Below are positions 51,473 through 60,023 of a DNA stretch of 64,000 bases, in pieces. The notes under the pieces are model-generated. The model was not told the origin of the DNA and searched no databases. It saw nothing but the letters and a program-made list of their open reading frames with translations. How positions within the stretch are numbered: the stretch's first letter is position 1; each line of letters begins with the position of its first letter. This stretch comes from Fibrobacter sp. UBA7003. GTDB lineage: Bacteria; Fibrobacterota; Fibrobacteria; Fibrobacterales; Fibrobacteraceae. The stretch lies in NCBI RefSeq assembly GCF_002449765.1, contig NZ_DJXN01000008.1. One strand, written 5' to 3'. The translations under genes were made by a program, and so were the position numbers.

Positions 51473-54382
51473 ATGATGAAAAAGTTGTGGATGTTTGGGC
51501 TTTCGCTCGCGCTTGGAGTGGGCATGTCGCAGGCGGCTCGCCAGATGGAATGGCTGAACCGCGGGCTTGTGGCGGTTAAGACCGGCGGGGGCGTGTTCCT
51601 CAGCTGGCGCGTCCTTGGGACCGATGGCTCCGAGACGGGCTTTAACCTGTACCGCGATGGCGAGAAAATCGCGAGCCTCAGCGGGACACAGGCGAGCAAC
51701 TATATCGACGCGAAAGGGACAACCTCGAGCAGGTATTCCGTAAAGGCAGTCATAAACGGCAAGGAACTTGCATCTGACGATGCCGTACCCGTTTGGGGCG
51801 AGCAGTTCTTGACTGTGAACCTGGACAGGCCTGCAGGCGGTAGCGACTACACCTACAGTCCCAATGATATTGCCGTGGGCGATGTGGATGGTGATGGCGA
51901 GTTCGAGTTGGTTCTCAAGTGGGATCCGAGCAATTCCAAGGACAATTCCCAGAAGGGAAAGACGGGCAACGTCATCATTGACTGTTACAAGATGAGCGGC
52001 AAAAAACTTTGGCGCATCGATCTGGGCGTAAACATCCGTGCGGGGGCGCACTACACGCAGATGCTCGTGGGTGACTACGATGGCGACGGCAAGGCGGAAC
52101 TTGCCGTAAAGACAGCGCCGGGAACGAAGGATGCCAGCGGAAAGTACCTGAGCAAGGGCGCAGCGGCCAATGCGGCACATACCAGCGATTACCGCAATTC
52201 GAGTGGATACATTCTGACCGGTGACGAATACCTCACGGTTTTCAACGGCGAAACGGGACTTGAAATGGCGACCGTCGCCTATAATCCAGGGCGCGGTACG
52301 GTAAAGAGCTGGGGAGACAGTTACGGGAACCGCGTCGACCGCTTCCTTGCGACAAATGCCTATCTCGATGGCAAGAAACCGAGCATGGTTTTCCAGCGCG
52401 GCTATTACACGCGCATGGCGCTCACGGCCTACGACTGGGACGGAAAATCGCTGACGCAGCGCTGGTACCACAATTCGGCGACGAGCGGCAAGGAATGCTA
52501 CGGGCAGGGAAACCATAACCTTTCGGCGGGTGACGTGGATGGCGACGGATTTGATGAAATCATGCAGGGTAATTGCGCTATCGATCACGATGGTAAGTTC
52601 ATGTACCGTGTAGGTTACGGTCACGGTGATGCAATCCACTTTGGCGATTTGGACCCCGACAACGAGGGCCTCGAGGTTTGGCAGGTCCACGAGGAAAAGC
52701 CCTACGGCTACAACTTGCACGACGCACGTACTGGCAAGGTGCTTTTCTACGAAACCAGTTCGGGCGATAACGGGCGCGGTGTCGCGGGCGACGTTGATTC
52801 CAACAGCCGCGGACATGAGCTCTGGTCTGCTGCAAACTGGAACACCTATACGGCTAAGGGAAAAATCTGGAAGTCCGACAAGCGCCCCGCCTACAACTTC
52901 CGTATCTACTGGGATGGTGACCTGCTTGACGAACTTTTGGACAATACGACTATCAGCAAGTGGGACCATGCAAAGCAACAGAGCAATACGCTTTTCCAGA
53001 TGCAGGGCAACAGCTGCAATACCACCAAGGCGACACCGAATTTCAGCGGTGACATTCTGGGTGACTGGCGCGAGGAAGTCATCTTGCACGATGGAGCCTC
53101 CAAGCTTTACATTTACACGACGACCGCGCCTACCGAACATCGCATGTACACGCTTGCGCACGACCCGGTTTACCGCAATGGCATGAGCTGGCAGAATACC
53201 GCCTACAACCAGCCGCCGCATCTGGGTTTTTGGCTGCATGGCAACAAGGGCAAGTTCCCGAAGCCGGACATTGTGCTGATAGGCGACAACACGCCGAAGG
53301 CGGCCGCGATTGTCAAGCAGGGCGCAGGTAGTTCGAGCCAGGTGATTGTGAAGGGTGATTCGATTGTCCCGTTCACCTTCGCGATCCAGCATGCGGACGG
53401 GGCGAATGTTGACGGGCTCCCGGCAGGCGTGACGGCCGTGTGGAATGCGACGACATCATCGCTCTATTTTAGCGGGACTCCCGTTGTCGAGGGCGAGTTT
53501 ACCTATACGATTACGACGAAAGGCGGGAATGCTGACTTTGGCGAAGCGACTCGCAACGGAAAATTCACCATCCTGAGTGTCGTGGAATCGGGGCCTGCTC
53601 CTCTTATGGTTCGGAGCGATATCGAGGCGGCGGTACCGACCGATGCAAAGGGAGCCTTTGCCGACAATCACGAGAATTTCCGCGGCACGGGATTCTACGA
53701 TTTCGAAAACAGTCTCGATAGCTACGGCATTTACCACCTGGTTTCGCCGAAGGAATACAAGAATGCAACGATGGTGCTGCGCTACGCCCACGGCAAAACG
53801 GATACGCGTCGCATTATGGTGAAGATGAATGAAGACCTGGTCGGTTCGCTGACGTTCAAGCCCACTGCCGATTGGGATACCTGGGATAGCGTCTCGGTGG
53901 GTGTTTCGCTCCAGAAGGGGTTGAATGTGCTTTATCTGAAATCGCTGGAAGAGGCGGGTGCACCGAACATCGATCAGATCGGTTTTGATGTCGAAGGCGT
54001 GGTGCTTTTTGAGGATTCAACGCAACTCTCGGCGATAGACACCTTGAGCGCTGAAGTCGCGGGAGACTCTTCGGGAACGACGGGACTTACCCGTGGCGAT
54101 TACACCGCAGAAGACGACTTTGCAGGTAACATTCGCGTTGCTGCCGGAATACACCTGAATCTTGCAGATGGTACGCTGATTGCCCGCGAATCGGGGTATG
54201 CCCAGGTGGATTTCTTTGACATGACTGGCCACCAGGTGGCGCGCCTTGCAAGAAATGTTCCGGCAGGAGCGTCTGACTTGTCCCGCGAAATCAGGGCTCT
54301 CCCCGAGGGCGTCTACATGGTCCGTGTCAAGTTCAATGGTCGCACGATGCAGAATGCGGTGCAGGTAAGAGTCGAACGGTAG
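51473..54382 (+). CDS. rhamnogalacturonan lyase, polysaccharide lyase family 11, with a CBM-like module and a T9SS-type C-terminal domain
   Basis: Starts at MMKKLWMF. ARQMEWLNRGLVAVKTGGGVFLSWRVLGTD ... FNLYRDG, VGDVDGDGEFELVLKWDPSNSKDNSQ, NIRAGAHYTQ and GDWREEV are nearly collinear with YesW. C-terminus: VDFFDMTGHQVARL ... GVYMVRVKFNG. Confidence 0.85.
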   Translation: MMKKLWMFGLSLALGVGMSQAARQMEWLNRGLVAVKTGGGVFLSWRVLGTDGSETGFNLYRDGEKIASLSGTQASNYIDAKGTTSSRYSVKAVINGKELASDDAVPVWGEQFLTVNLDRPAGGSDYTYSPNDIAVGDVDGDGEFELVLKWDPSNSKDNSQKGKTGNVIIDCYKMSGKKLWRIDLGVNIRAGAHYTQMLVGDYDGDGKAELAVKTAPGTKDASGKYLSKGAAANAAHTSDYRNSSGYILTGDEYLTVFNGETGLEMATVAYNPGRGTVKSWGDSYGNRVDRFLATNAYLDGKKPSMVFQRGYYTRMALTAYDWDGKSLTQRWYHNSATSGKECYGQGNHNLSAGDVDGDGFDEIMQGNCAIDHDGKFMYRVGYGHGDAIHFGDLDPDNEGLEVWQVHEEKPYGYNLHDARTGKVLFYETSSGDNGRGVAGDVDSNSRGHELWSAANWNTYTAKGKIWKSDKRPAYNFRIYWDGDLLDELLDNTTISKWDHAKQQSNTLFQMQGNSCNTTKATPNFSGDILGDWREEVILHDGASKLYIYTTTAPTEHRMYTLAHDPVYRNGMSWQNTAYNQPPHLGFWLHGNKGKFPKPDIVLIGDNTPKAAAIVKQGAGSSSQVIVKGDSIVPFTFAIQHADGANVDGLPAGVTAVWNATTSSLYFSGTPVVEGEFTYTITTKGGNADFGEATRNGKFTILSVVESGPAPLMVRSDIEAAVPTDAKGAFADNHENFRGTGFYDFENSLDSYGIYHLVSPKEYKNATMVLRYAHGKTDTRRIMVKMNEDLVGSLTFKPTADWDTWDSVSVGVSLQKGLNVLYLKSLEEAGAPNIDQIGFDVEGVVLFEDSTQLSAIDTLSAEVAGDSSGTTGLTRGDYTAEDDFAGNIRVAAGIHLNLADGTLIARESGYAQVDFFDMTGHQVARLARNVPAGASDLSREIRALPEGVYMVRVKFNGRTMQNAVQVRVER

Positions 54383-54399
54383 TTTCCTAACTAAACGAT

Positions 54400-54434
54400 A
54401 CGTCCCGGCGGAAAGCCGGGGCGTTTTTTTTTTT
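54400..54434 (+). terminator. rho-independent terminator
   Basis: ACGTCCCGGC (54400-54409), loop GGAAA, GCCGGGGCGT (54415-54424, one G-U pair), then a T11 run. Confidence 0.7.
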
Positions 54435-54449
54435 GCACCGCAGGTGCCC
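54435..54449 (+). repeat. 15-nt intergenic element GCACCGCAGGTGCCC (copy 2)
   Basis: Exact copy of 51324-51338, placed immediately after the terminator T-run. Confidence 0.7.
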
Positions 54450-54537
54450 GCCGTAGTCCGCGGACAACTGGAAATTTCTTTTATCCTACCCCCGGAGCAA
54501 ATCCGAGGGTATTTTTGTGGGCAGAAAGGAGTTTTGT

Positions 54538-57360
54538 ATGGGATGTTTGAATTCTATTCGCGTATTGGGCCTCTCGGCGGCGCTTGCCTTTGCCGCATCG
54601 CCCGTCATCAGGGTCGATTTTGACATGAGCGGCCGCAATTCGAGCGAGGTTACGGAACCGAATTACGTGCCCTGGGTGGTTTCGGGTGTCGCTTCGAAAG
54701 ATACGACGCTTTCGGGCGTGAAGGTGAATGTCGCCGGAAGCGCGAACCTCAAGGCCAACTGGTACAAGGCCGGGGTGCAGTCCCCGAGCTATGCGCGCCT
54801 TGTATGCGATGGCGTGATGGTTGAAAACGGCGGGGCGATTACGCTCACCTTCTCGAATCTTGCGGCAGGAACGCACAGCCTCCTTTTGTACCTGAACAAT
54901 GTCGATGGGACGGCGGCAAGCAACAGCATCGATGTCTATGTGAACAACTCGAAGCAGGCGTCGGTCAAGCCCACGAATCGTGCGCTCTCGACAGGCGAGG
55001 CGGCGATTGCCTACGTGACTTTTAATGTAAGCGGTACGGGTGCTTCGACCGCGATAAAGTTGAATACGGGCACGGTTACCCTGAACGGCTTTGAACTGGA
55101 CGTGCCCAATGCGGCGGCACAGGCGACAGGGCCTTCGCCTGCGGATCTGGATTATCACGCTCCGCACGAAAACGGAGCGCTGACGCTTTCGTGGACGGCG
55201 GCGAAGTCGGCCGTAAAGCATCGCGTCTATTTCGGGACGGATTCGGCGGCTGTGCTTGCGGCAACGCCCTCGAGCACTGCGATTTACAAGGGTGAACAAT
55301 CCGGCAGTTCGTATAAGGTGAGCGGTACGACTCCGCTCCAGACATACTACTGGCGCGTAGATGAGGTCGATGCGAACGGAACGGTCACGGCAGGGAATGT
55401 CTGGTCGTTCAAGCCGGGCCGCGTCGCGTTCGAAGGTGCCGAAGGTTATGGCCGCAACGCCTTGGGTGGCCGCGGTGGCAAGGTGGTGTACGTGACGAAC
55501 CTGAACGATGACGGTGCAGGCTCCTTGCGCGAGGCGTGCACGGCGGAAATTGGCCCGCGTACCATCGTGTTCAAGGTGTCGGGCATGATCCAGCTGAAAT
55601 CGCGCCTGGTCTGCAATCAGGATTACGTGACGATTGCGGGGCAGACGGCTCCCGGCAAGGGTATTACCATCAAGAGCGCCCCCATCGGGTTCACGGGCAA
55701 GGACATGGTCATCCGCTTCATGCGCGTGCGCCTGGGCTACGGCGCCACCTACGACGGTATGGGGCTCACCGGCGGCGACCACAGCATATTGGACCATGCG
55801 AGTATCAGCTGGACGATTGACGAAGCCTTTAGTAGCCGAGGCGGCAAGAACCTTACGCTGCAGCGCACGCTGATTTCGGAAGCGCTGAACATTGCGGACC
55901 ACCAGAATTACCCCGTCGGGACGGGACACGGGTATGCGGCGACTATCGGCGGCGATATCGGCAGTTTCCACCACAACCTGCTTGCGCACAATGCGGGCCG
56001 CAACTGGAGCCTGGGTGGTGGCCTCGACGGGAACGGCTACTATGCGGGTCGCCTCGACATATTCAACAACGTTGTCTATAACTGGGTGAGCCGCGTGACC
56101 GATGGCGGTGCGCACGAGGTGAACTTCGTGGGCAATTACTACAAGGAGGGCGCCGCCACTACCTTGCATGGCTATACATTGCGTGCGCAGTTCGAAGGTA
56201 CGGGCAAGGGCTCGCAGGCGTATTACTACCACAACAATATTCTCGAGGCTGCGGGCGGCAAGTTCACCTGCGACGGCACCAACGACAATTGCGGTCGCGA
56301 GTATTCGCTTTCCGGCGGGCAGGTGCTGGATTGGGAACCATGGAACAGCAAGCCCTTCTTTGCCTCGTATGCGACTGTCCAGAGCGCGAAGGCCGCCTAC
56401 AAGGATGTGCTGAGCGATGTGGGTCAGCGCATGCCGGTACTTGACAATCATGACACCCGCGTGATAAACGAGACCAAGAACGGAACCTACAGCATGAAGG
56501 GCTCCGTGGGTGGCATGGCGGGTATTCCCGACCGCGAAACCGACGTGAAGGATACGGCGAACATCAAGGGCTGGGAACCTTACCCGAGCGAAATCCGGGC
56601 CGACGACTACGACAGCGATTTGGACGGGCTTCCGGATTGGTGGGAAAATATGTACGGGTACAATCCGAAGTCGAAGAGCGGTGACTTTAGCGAAGCGAAC
56701 AGGGACCGCCTGGGCGATGGCTGGACGGAACTGGAACGCTACCTGGAATGGATGGCCCGCGCGCACTACACCTTCGCGAAGGGCGAAACCCAGGTGATAG
56801 ACCTTTCGCAGTTTACCCGCGGTTACGACGGCGGAATTTACACCGTGTCGGCCCCGAGCGGCGTGACGGCGACCGTGAGCGGTTCCAGGTTGACGGTGAA
56901 ACTCGCCGACAGTTTTGCAGGTGCGGGCTACGTGCAGTTTACGCTCAAGGACAACGCGGGCGATACCTTTAGCCGCTACATCGGCGTGACGCAGGGCCTA
57001 GCCTTGAACGCCTCGCAGGGCGAACAGGATGAAAACGATACGACATCTATTGTCGCGGACGATTCGACGGCAACGGATTCTTCGACGACTTCGATTGCGA
57101 CGTTCTCTCCTGTGAAAATTTTCCACTACACCGTTTCGGATAACATCGTGCGCCTCTACGGCATTCCCGCAAATGCACAGATCCGCGTGACGGACCTGAG
57201 CGGCAGAAATCCGATGCTCGGCAAGAATGTGCTGACCGCAGACGGAACTGCTTCGGTGGATCTGCAACCCTTCGGCAGGGGCGTCTATATAGTGAACGTC
57301 CGCGGAATGGCCCGCGACGGTTCCCGCCTGAACAAGACCATCAAGGTCATGCGCAAGTAA
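54538..57360 (+). CDS. pectate lyase (PL1-like) with N-terminal accessory domains and a T9SS-type C-terminal domain
   Basis: ATG 6 nt after AAGGAG. AFEGAEGYGRNALGGRGGKVVYVTNLNDDGAGSLREA ... IVFKVSG ... VTIAGQTAPGKGITI ... FMRVRLG is the pectate lyase beta-helix pattern. C-terminus: IRVTDLSGRN ... GVYIVNVRG. Confidence 0.8.
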   Translation: MGCLNSIRVLGLSAALAFAASPVIRVDFDMSGRNSSEVTEPNYVPWVVSGVASKDTTLSGVKVNVAGSANLKANWYKAGVQSPSYARLVCDGVMVENGGAITLTFSNLAAGTHSLLLYLNNVDGTAASNSIDVYVNNSKQASVKPTNRALSTGEAAIAYVTFNVSGTGASTAIKLNTGTVTLNGFELDVPNAAAQATGPSPADLDYHAPHENGALTLSWTAAKSAVKHRVYFGTDSAAVLAATPSSTAIYKGEQSGSSYKVSGTTPLQTYYWRVDEVDANGTVTAGNVWSFKPGRVAFEGAEGYGRNALGGRGGKVVYVTNLNDDGAGSLREACTAEIGPRTIVFKVSGMIQLKSRLVCNQDYVTIAGQTAPGKGITIKSAPIGFTGKDMVIRFMRVRLGYGATYDGMGLTGGDHSILDHASISWTIDEAFSSRGGKNLTLQRTLISEALNIADHQNYPVGTGHGYAATIGGDIGSFHHNLLAHNAGRNWSLGGGLDGNGYYAGRLDIFNNVVYNWVSRVTDGGAHEVNFVGNYYKEGAATTLHGYTLRAQFEGTGKGSQAYYYHNNILEAAGGKFTCDGTNDNCGREYSLSGGQVLDWEPWNSKPFFASYATVQSAKAAYKDVLSDVGQRMPVLDNHDTRVINETKNGTYSMKGSVGGMAGIPDRETDVKDTANIKGWEPYPSEIRADDYDSDLDGLPDWWENMYGYNPKSKSGDFSEANRDRLGDGWTELERYLEWMARAHYTFAKGETQVIDLSQFTRGYDGGIYTVSAPSGVTATVSGSRLTVKLADSFAGAGYVQFTLKDNAGDTFSRYIGVTQGLALNASQGEQDENDTTSIVADDSTATDSSTTSIATFSPVKIFHYTVSDNIVRLYGIPANAQIRVTDLSGRNPMLGKNVLTADGTASVDLQPFGRGVYIVNVRGMARDGSRLNKTIKVMRK

Positions 57361-57392
57361 ACCGCAAAAGAATACATCACGCATCCTCGAAA

Positions 57393-57426
57393 CCTAGGCT
57401 CAAACGAGCCTAGGCTTTCTTATTTC
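57393..57426. terminator. hairpin between convergent PL1 and KilA-N genes, also the approximate left edge of the low-GC island
   Basis: CCTAGGCTC (57393-57401), loop AAAC, GAGCCTAGG (57406-57414), then CTTTCTTATTT. Overlaps the KilA-N stop. Confidence 0.5.
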
Positions 57427-58229
57427 AAAAGCTTGTTCTCTCCGATAGATTCCAGTACTGTCATCTGCGAAATCGCAATCTGGTTCAGCTTTTGCAATCG
57501 TTCTGGCTGCGGCAAGCCTTCCTTGATCAGGACGGAATTCAGCGATTCCATATTCGAAAGGCATATAAGCTGGTTTACCGTCGCATAGTCGCGGACATTG
57601 CCCTGCAAATCGGCGTGTGCATCGCGCCATTCCTTAGCCGTAAATCCGAATAAAGCAACATTTAGAACATCGGCTTCGTTTGCGTAAACCATGCTCATCT
57701 GTTGCTTTGTAAGTGTTGCCGGAATCAAATTCTGCTTGATGGCGTCCGTATGGATATGGTAGTTGATTTTTGAGAGTTCACGACGTAGTGACCATCCTAA
57801 TTGAGCTTGTTCCGCAGCCTTGAGGCGTTGGAACTCCTTAACCAAGTACAATTCGAATTCGACAGAAACCCAACTTGCAAATTTGACGGCGATATCATAT
57901 TGTGCGAATGTCCCGCCGTTAACACCATTTTTAGAAATGAGTCCAATTGCACCAGTTTCTTCAATCCATCGAGAAGGGCTCATAGTGAACGAATGGCTAC
58001 CAGCTTCTTTTAAAAAGGGGTCGAATTCGACCCCTTTGAAGTCGGGATTGTTCAACATTTCCCATAAACCTAAGTATTCTATTGTATTTTTTGACCTCAT
58101 CCAATTTTTCACAACATCCTTAGGCTCCACAGGATTCTTTTGCCGAGCAATATCAGTAATGCAGACATAATCGACGCCGTTAACGAGCATTGTTTTGATT
58201 TCACGGTTCATGACGTTTATTCGTTTCAT
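57420..58229 (-). CDS. KilA-N domain-containing DNA-binding protein
   Basis: 269 aa. VNGVDYVCITDIAR ... NWMRSKNTIEYLGLWE ... GGTFAQYDIAVKFASWVSVEFELYL is the typical KilA-N pattern. Confidence 0.8.
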   Translation of the reverse strand: MKRINVMNREIKTMLVNGVDYVCITDIARQKNPVEPKDVVKNWMRSKNTIEYLGLWEMLNNPDFKGVEFDPFLKEAGSHSFTMSPSRWIEETGAIGLISKNGVNGGTFAQYDIAVKFASWVSVEFELYLVKEFQRLKAAEQAQLGWSLRRELSKINYHIHTDAIKQNLIPATLTKQQMSMVYANEADVLNVALFGFTAKEWRDAHADLQGNVRDYATVNQLICLSNMESLNSVLIKEGLPQPERLQKLNQIAISQMTVLESIGENKLLK

Positions 58230-58443
58230 CTTTTACTCCTTTTTTGCTACGGACAAGCGTAAAAACCGTAGTGTTTGAAATTTTGGGCACTAGAACGTTT
58301 GTGCACTAATAAATATAACTCCACAAGGGGTGAATGTCAAGAGATTTTCGTTTTTTTTTGAAACGAGATTTGAAAAAATATAAATTGTCATTTTATGACA
58401 GTTTATGAATATATATTTGTGGTATAACCAAATGGAGGCTATT

Positions 58444-59097
58444 ATGGAACAGAATCAGAAAACTATTAGAGTTATGGGGACGGGCTTTGTCAAAATCTCT
58501 CCGGACACCACGAGACTCACTTTTTCTATAGATTCCAAGCACGATTCCTATGAAAAGGCATATAACGAGGCCTCCCTAGGTAACAAAGGTTTGAGGGATG
58601 CTCTTGAAAAGCTGAATATTCCGAAGGAATCTCTTAAGACATCAGATTTCTCGATAAGTAAACATCGGGAATGGATTAGCAAGGAAGTCCGGTGGCTTGT
58701 CGAATATCATTTGAATCAAAGTCTCTCTATTGAGTTGCCTTTGGATAGTGTTCTTACATCAAAGGTTATGTCGACTTTGGGAGCCGCGTGGCCTGAACTC
58801 GAAGTGAACATATCTTTTATCAGGAAAGATTCTCACGATGTCAAGCTTCAAATTCTCGAATCGGCAGTCAAGGATGCCCGCGAAAAAGCCGAGGTGATCG
58901 CCATGACGCTTGGACATAAGCTAGGCGGTATCGTAAGTGTCGATTACTCCAGACGTAGCATTGACGTTTATGTTGGTCGGGAAGATTATAACATGGTGGC
59001 TGATTTAGCAGAAAGTTCCGGCTCGCAATCTGTTGATTATACCCCTGATGATATTGAAGCAGGAGATACTGTTGAAACAGTCTGGTATTTGGATTAG
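58444..59097 (+). CDS. SIMPL (DUF541) domain protein without a signal peptide
   Basis: ATG 5 nt after GGAGG. IRVMGTGFVKISPDTTRLTFSI ... AYNEAS ... AVKDAREKAEVIA follows the SIMPL pattern. Confidence 0.65.
   Translation: MEQNQKTIRVMGTGFVKISPDTTRLTFSIDSKHDSYEKAYNEASLGNKGLRDALEKLNIPKESLKTSDFSISKHREWISKEVRWLVEYHLNQSLSIELPLDSVLTSKVMSTLGAAWPELEVNISFIRKDSHDVKLQILESAVKDAREKAEVIAMTLGHKLGGIVSVDYSRRSIDVYVGREDYNMVADLAESSGSQSVDYTPDDIEAGDTVETVWYLD
59070..59097 (+). repeat. 28-bp perfect direct repeat, copy 1 (last codons plus stop of the SIMPL gene)
   Basis: TGTTGAAACAGTCTGGTATTTGGATTAG is identical to 59500-59527. Confidence 0.95.
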
Positions 59098-59149
59098 ACA
59101 AAATAGAGGATTGATTTTATTGTTGATAAAATCAATAAGGCAACAATAT

Positions 59150-59449
59150 TCAATCTATGATGATGCCTTTTGTAAACATTTTGTCGCGATGCTTGAAGTA
59201 TTTGTCAAGTTCTTTTTCGACTGCTTTGAAAAATTTTTTCGCATTCGGGTCTACATGCAGTAGCATACTAGCTAAATCACGCATCCAATTAAAGCGCACC
59301 ATCGAATCTGCGGTGTCGAAAAAATCGCGTGTAATATGTTCTCTAGTCGATTTATGCTCCTTCAAAAGTTCATCAATGGCTTCGTCATCGCCAAAATCGT
59401 ATATGGTCTTTTCTCCCAAATTAGAGAAATCTGTACTGATGAGTTTCAT
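59150..59449 (-). CDS. small acidic hypothetical protein (single-gene cassette between the 28-bp repeats)
   Basis: 99-aa ORF on the opposite strand to its neighbours. An AT-rich hairpin at 59110-59136 lies downstream of both converging genes. Confidence 0.5.
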   Translation of the reverse strand: MKLISTDFSNLGEKTIYDFGDDEAIDELLKEHKSTREHITRDFFDTADSMVRFNWMRDLASMLLHVDPNAKKFFKAVEKELDKYFKHRDKMFTKGIIID

Positions 59450-59499
59450 AAAATAACACCTTTCCTCCCTAATATACCACTTTTTTTATAGAAAGTCAA

Positions 59500-59527
59500 T
59501 GTTGAAACAGTCTGGTATTTGGATTAG
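59500..59527 (+). repeat. 28-bp perfect direct repeat, copy 2
   Basis: Identical to 59070-59097. Flanking bases differ on both sides. Confidence 0.95.
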
Positions 59528-59576
59528 TATATTACTGAATTTGCGTTCTTTCCTATTTTTGCAGTAAGGGCGCCTT

Positions 59577-60008
59577 ATGTCAGATCGGAACATCATAAAT
59601 CTTAAATTGTCGATGCGGGCAAGTCAAAAGAGCAGAATTATAGCCATAGTGGCGGCAGTCCTGCTTATTGCTGTGCTGTTTGTAGAAAATTTCTGCCTTG
59701 ATTTCGATTGTGTGTATATGGGAGTTTCAATCTTTGTGTTTGTCGGAATATCTTATGTTCTCCGTTTCTTCTCTGATATTTTTACAGACATGTTTGCTGG
59801 TCTGTTGGCGGCTTCGCTAGGTGCATTTGCAGAGGCTATAATAATATCTATCGCCATCAATTCGATTTTCGACTGTAAATTCGATAAAAACTTTGGAACG
59901 CTATTTTTCTTTTGCTACTGTTTGTGCTTATTGTTTATGGTCATTATGCTCATGTGGAAAGAAAGACGCAAAGAAGAACGGAAAAATACTAGCGTCGATA
60001 ACGGTTAA
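59577..60008 (+). CDS. small four-helix membrane protein, function unknown
   Basis: 143 aa with four hydrophobic segments and a basic C-terminal tail (KERRKEERK). Ends 15 nt before the next ATG. Confidence 0.55.
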   Translation: MSDRNIINLKLSMRASQKSRIIAIVAAVLLIAVLFVENFCLDFDCVYMGVSIFVFVGISYVLRFFSDIFTDMFAGLLAASLGAFAEAIIISIAINSIFDCKFDKNFGTLFFFCYCLCLLFMVIMLMWKERRKEERKNTSVDNG

Positions 60009-60023
60009 GCAAGGCTGGTCAAT

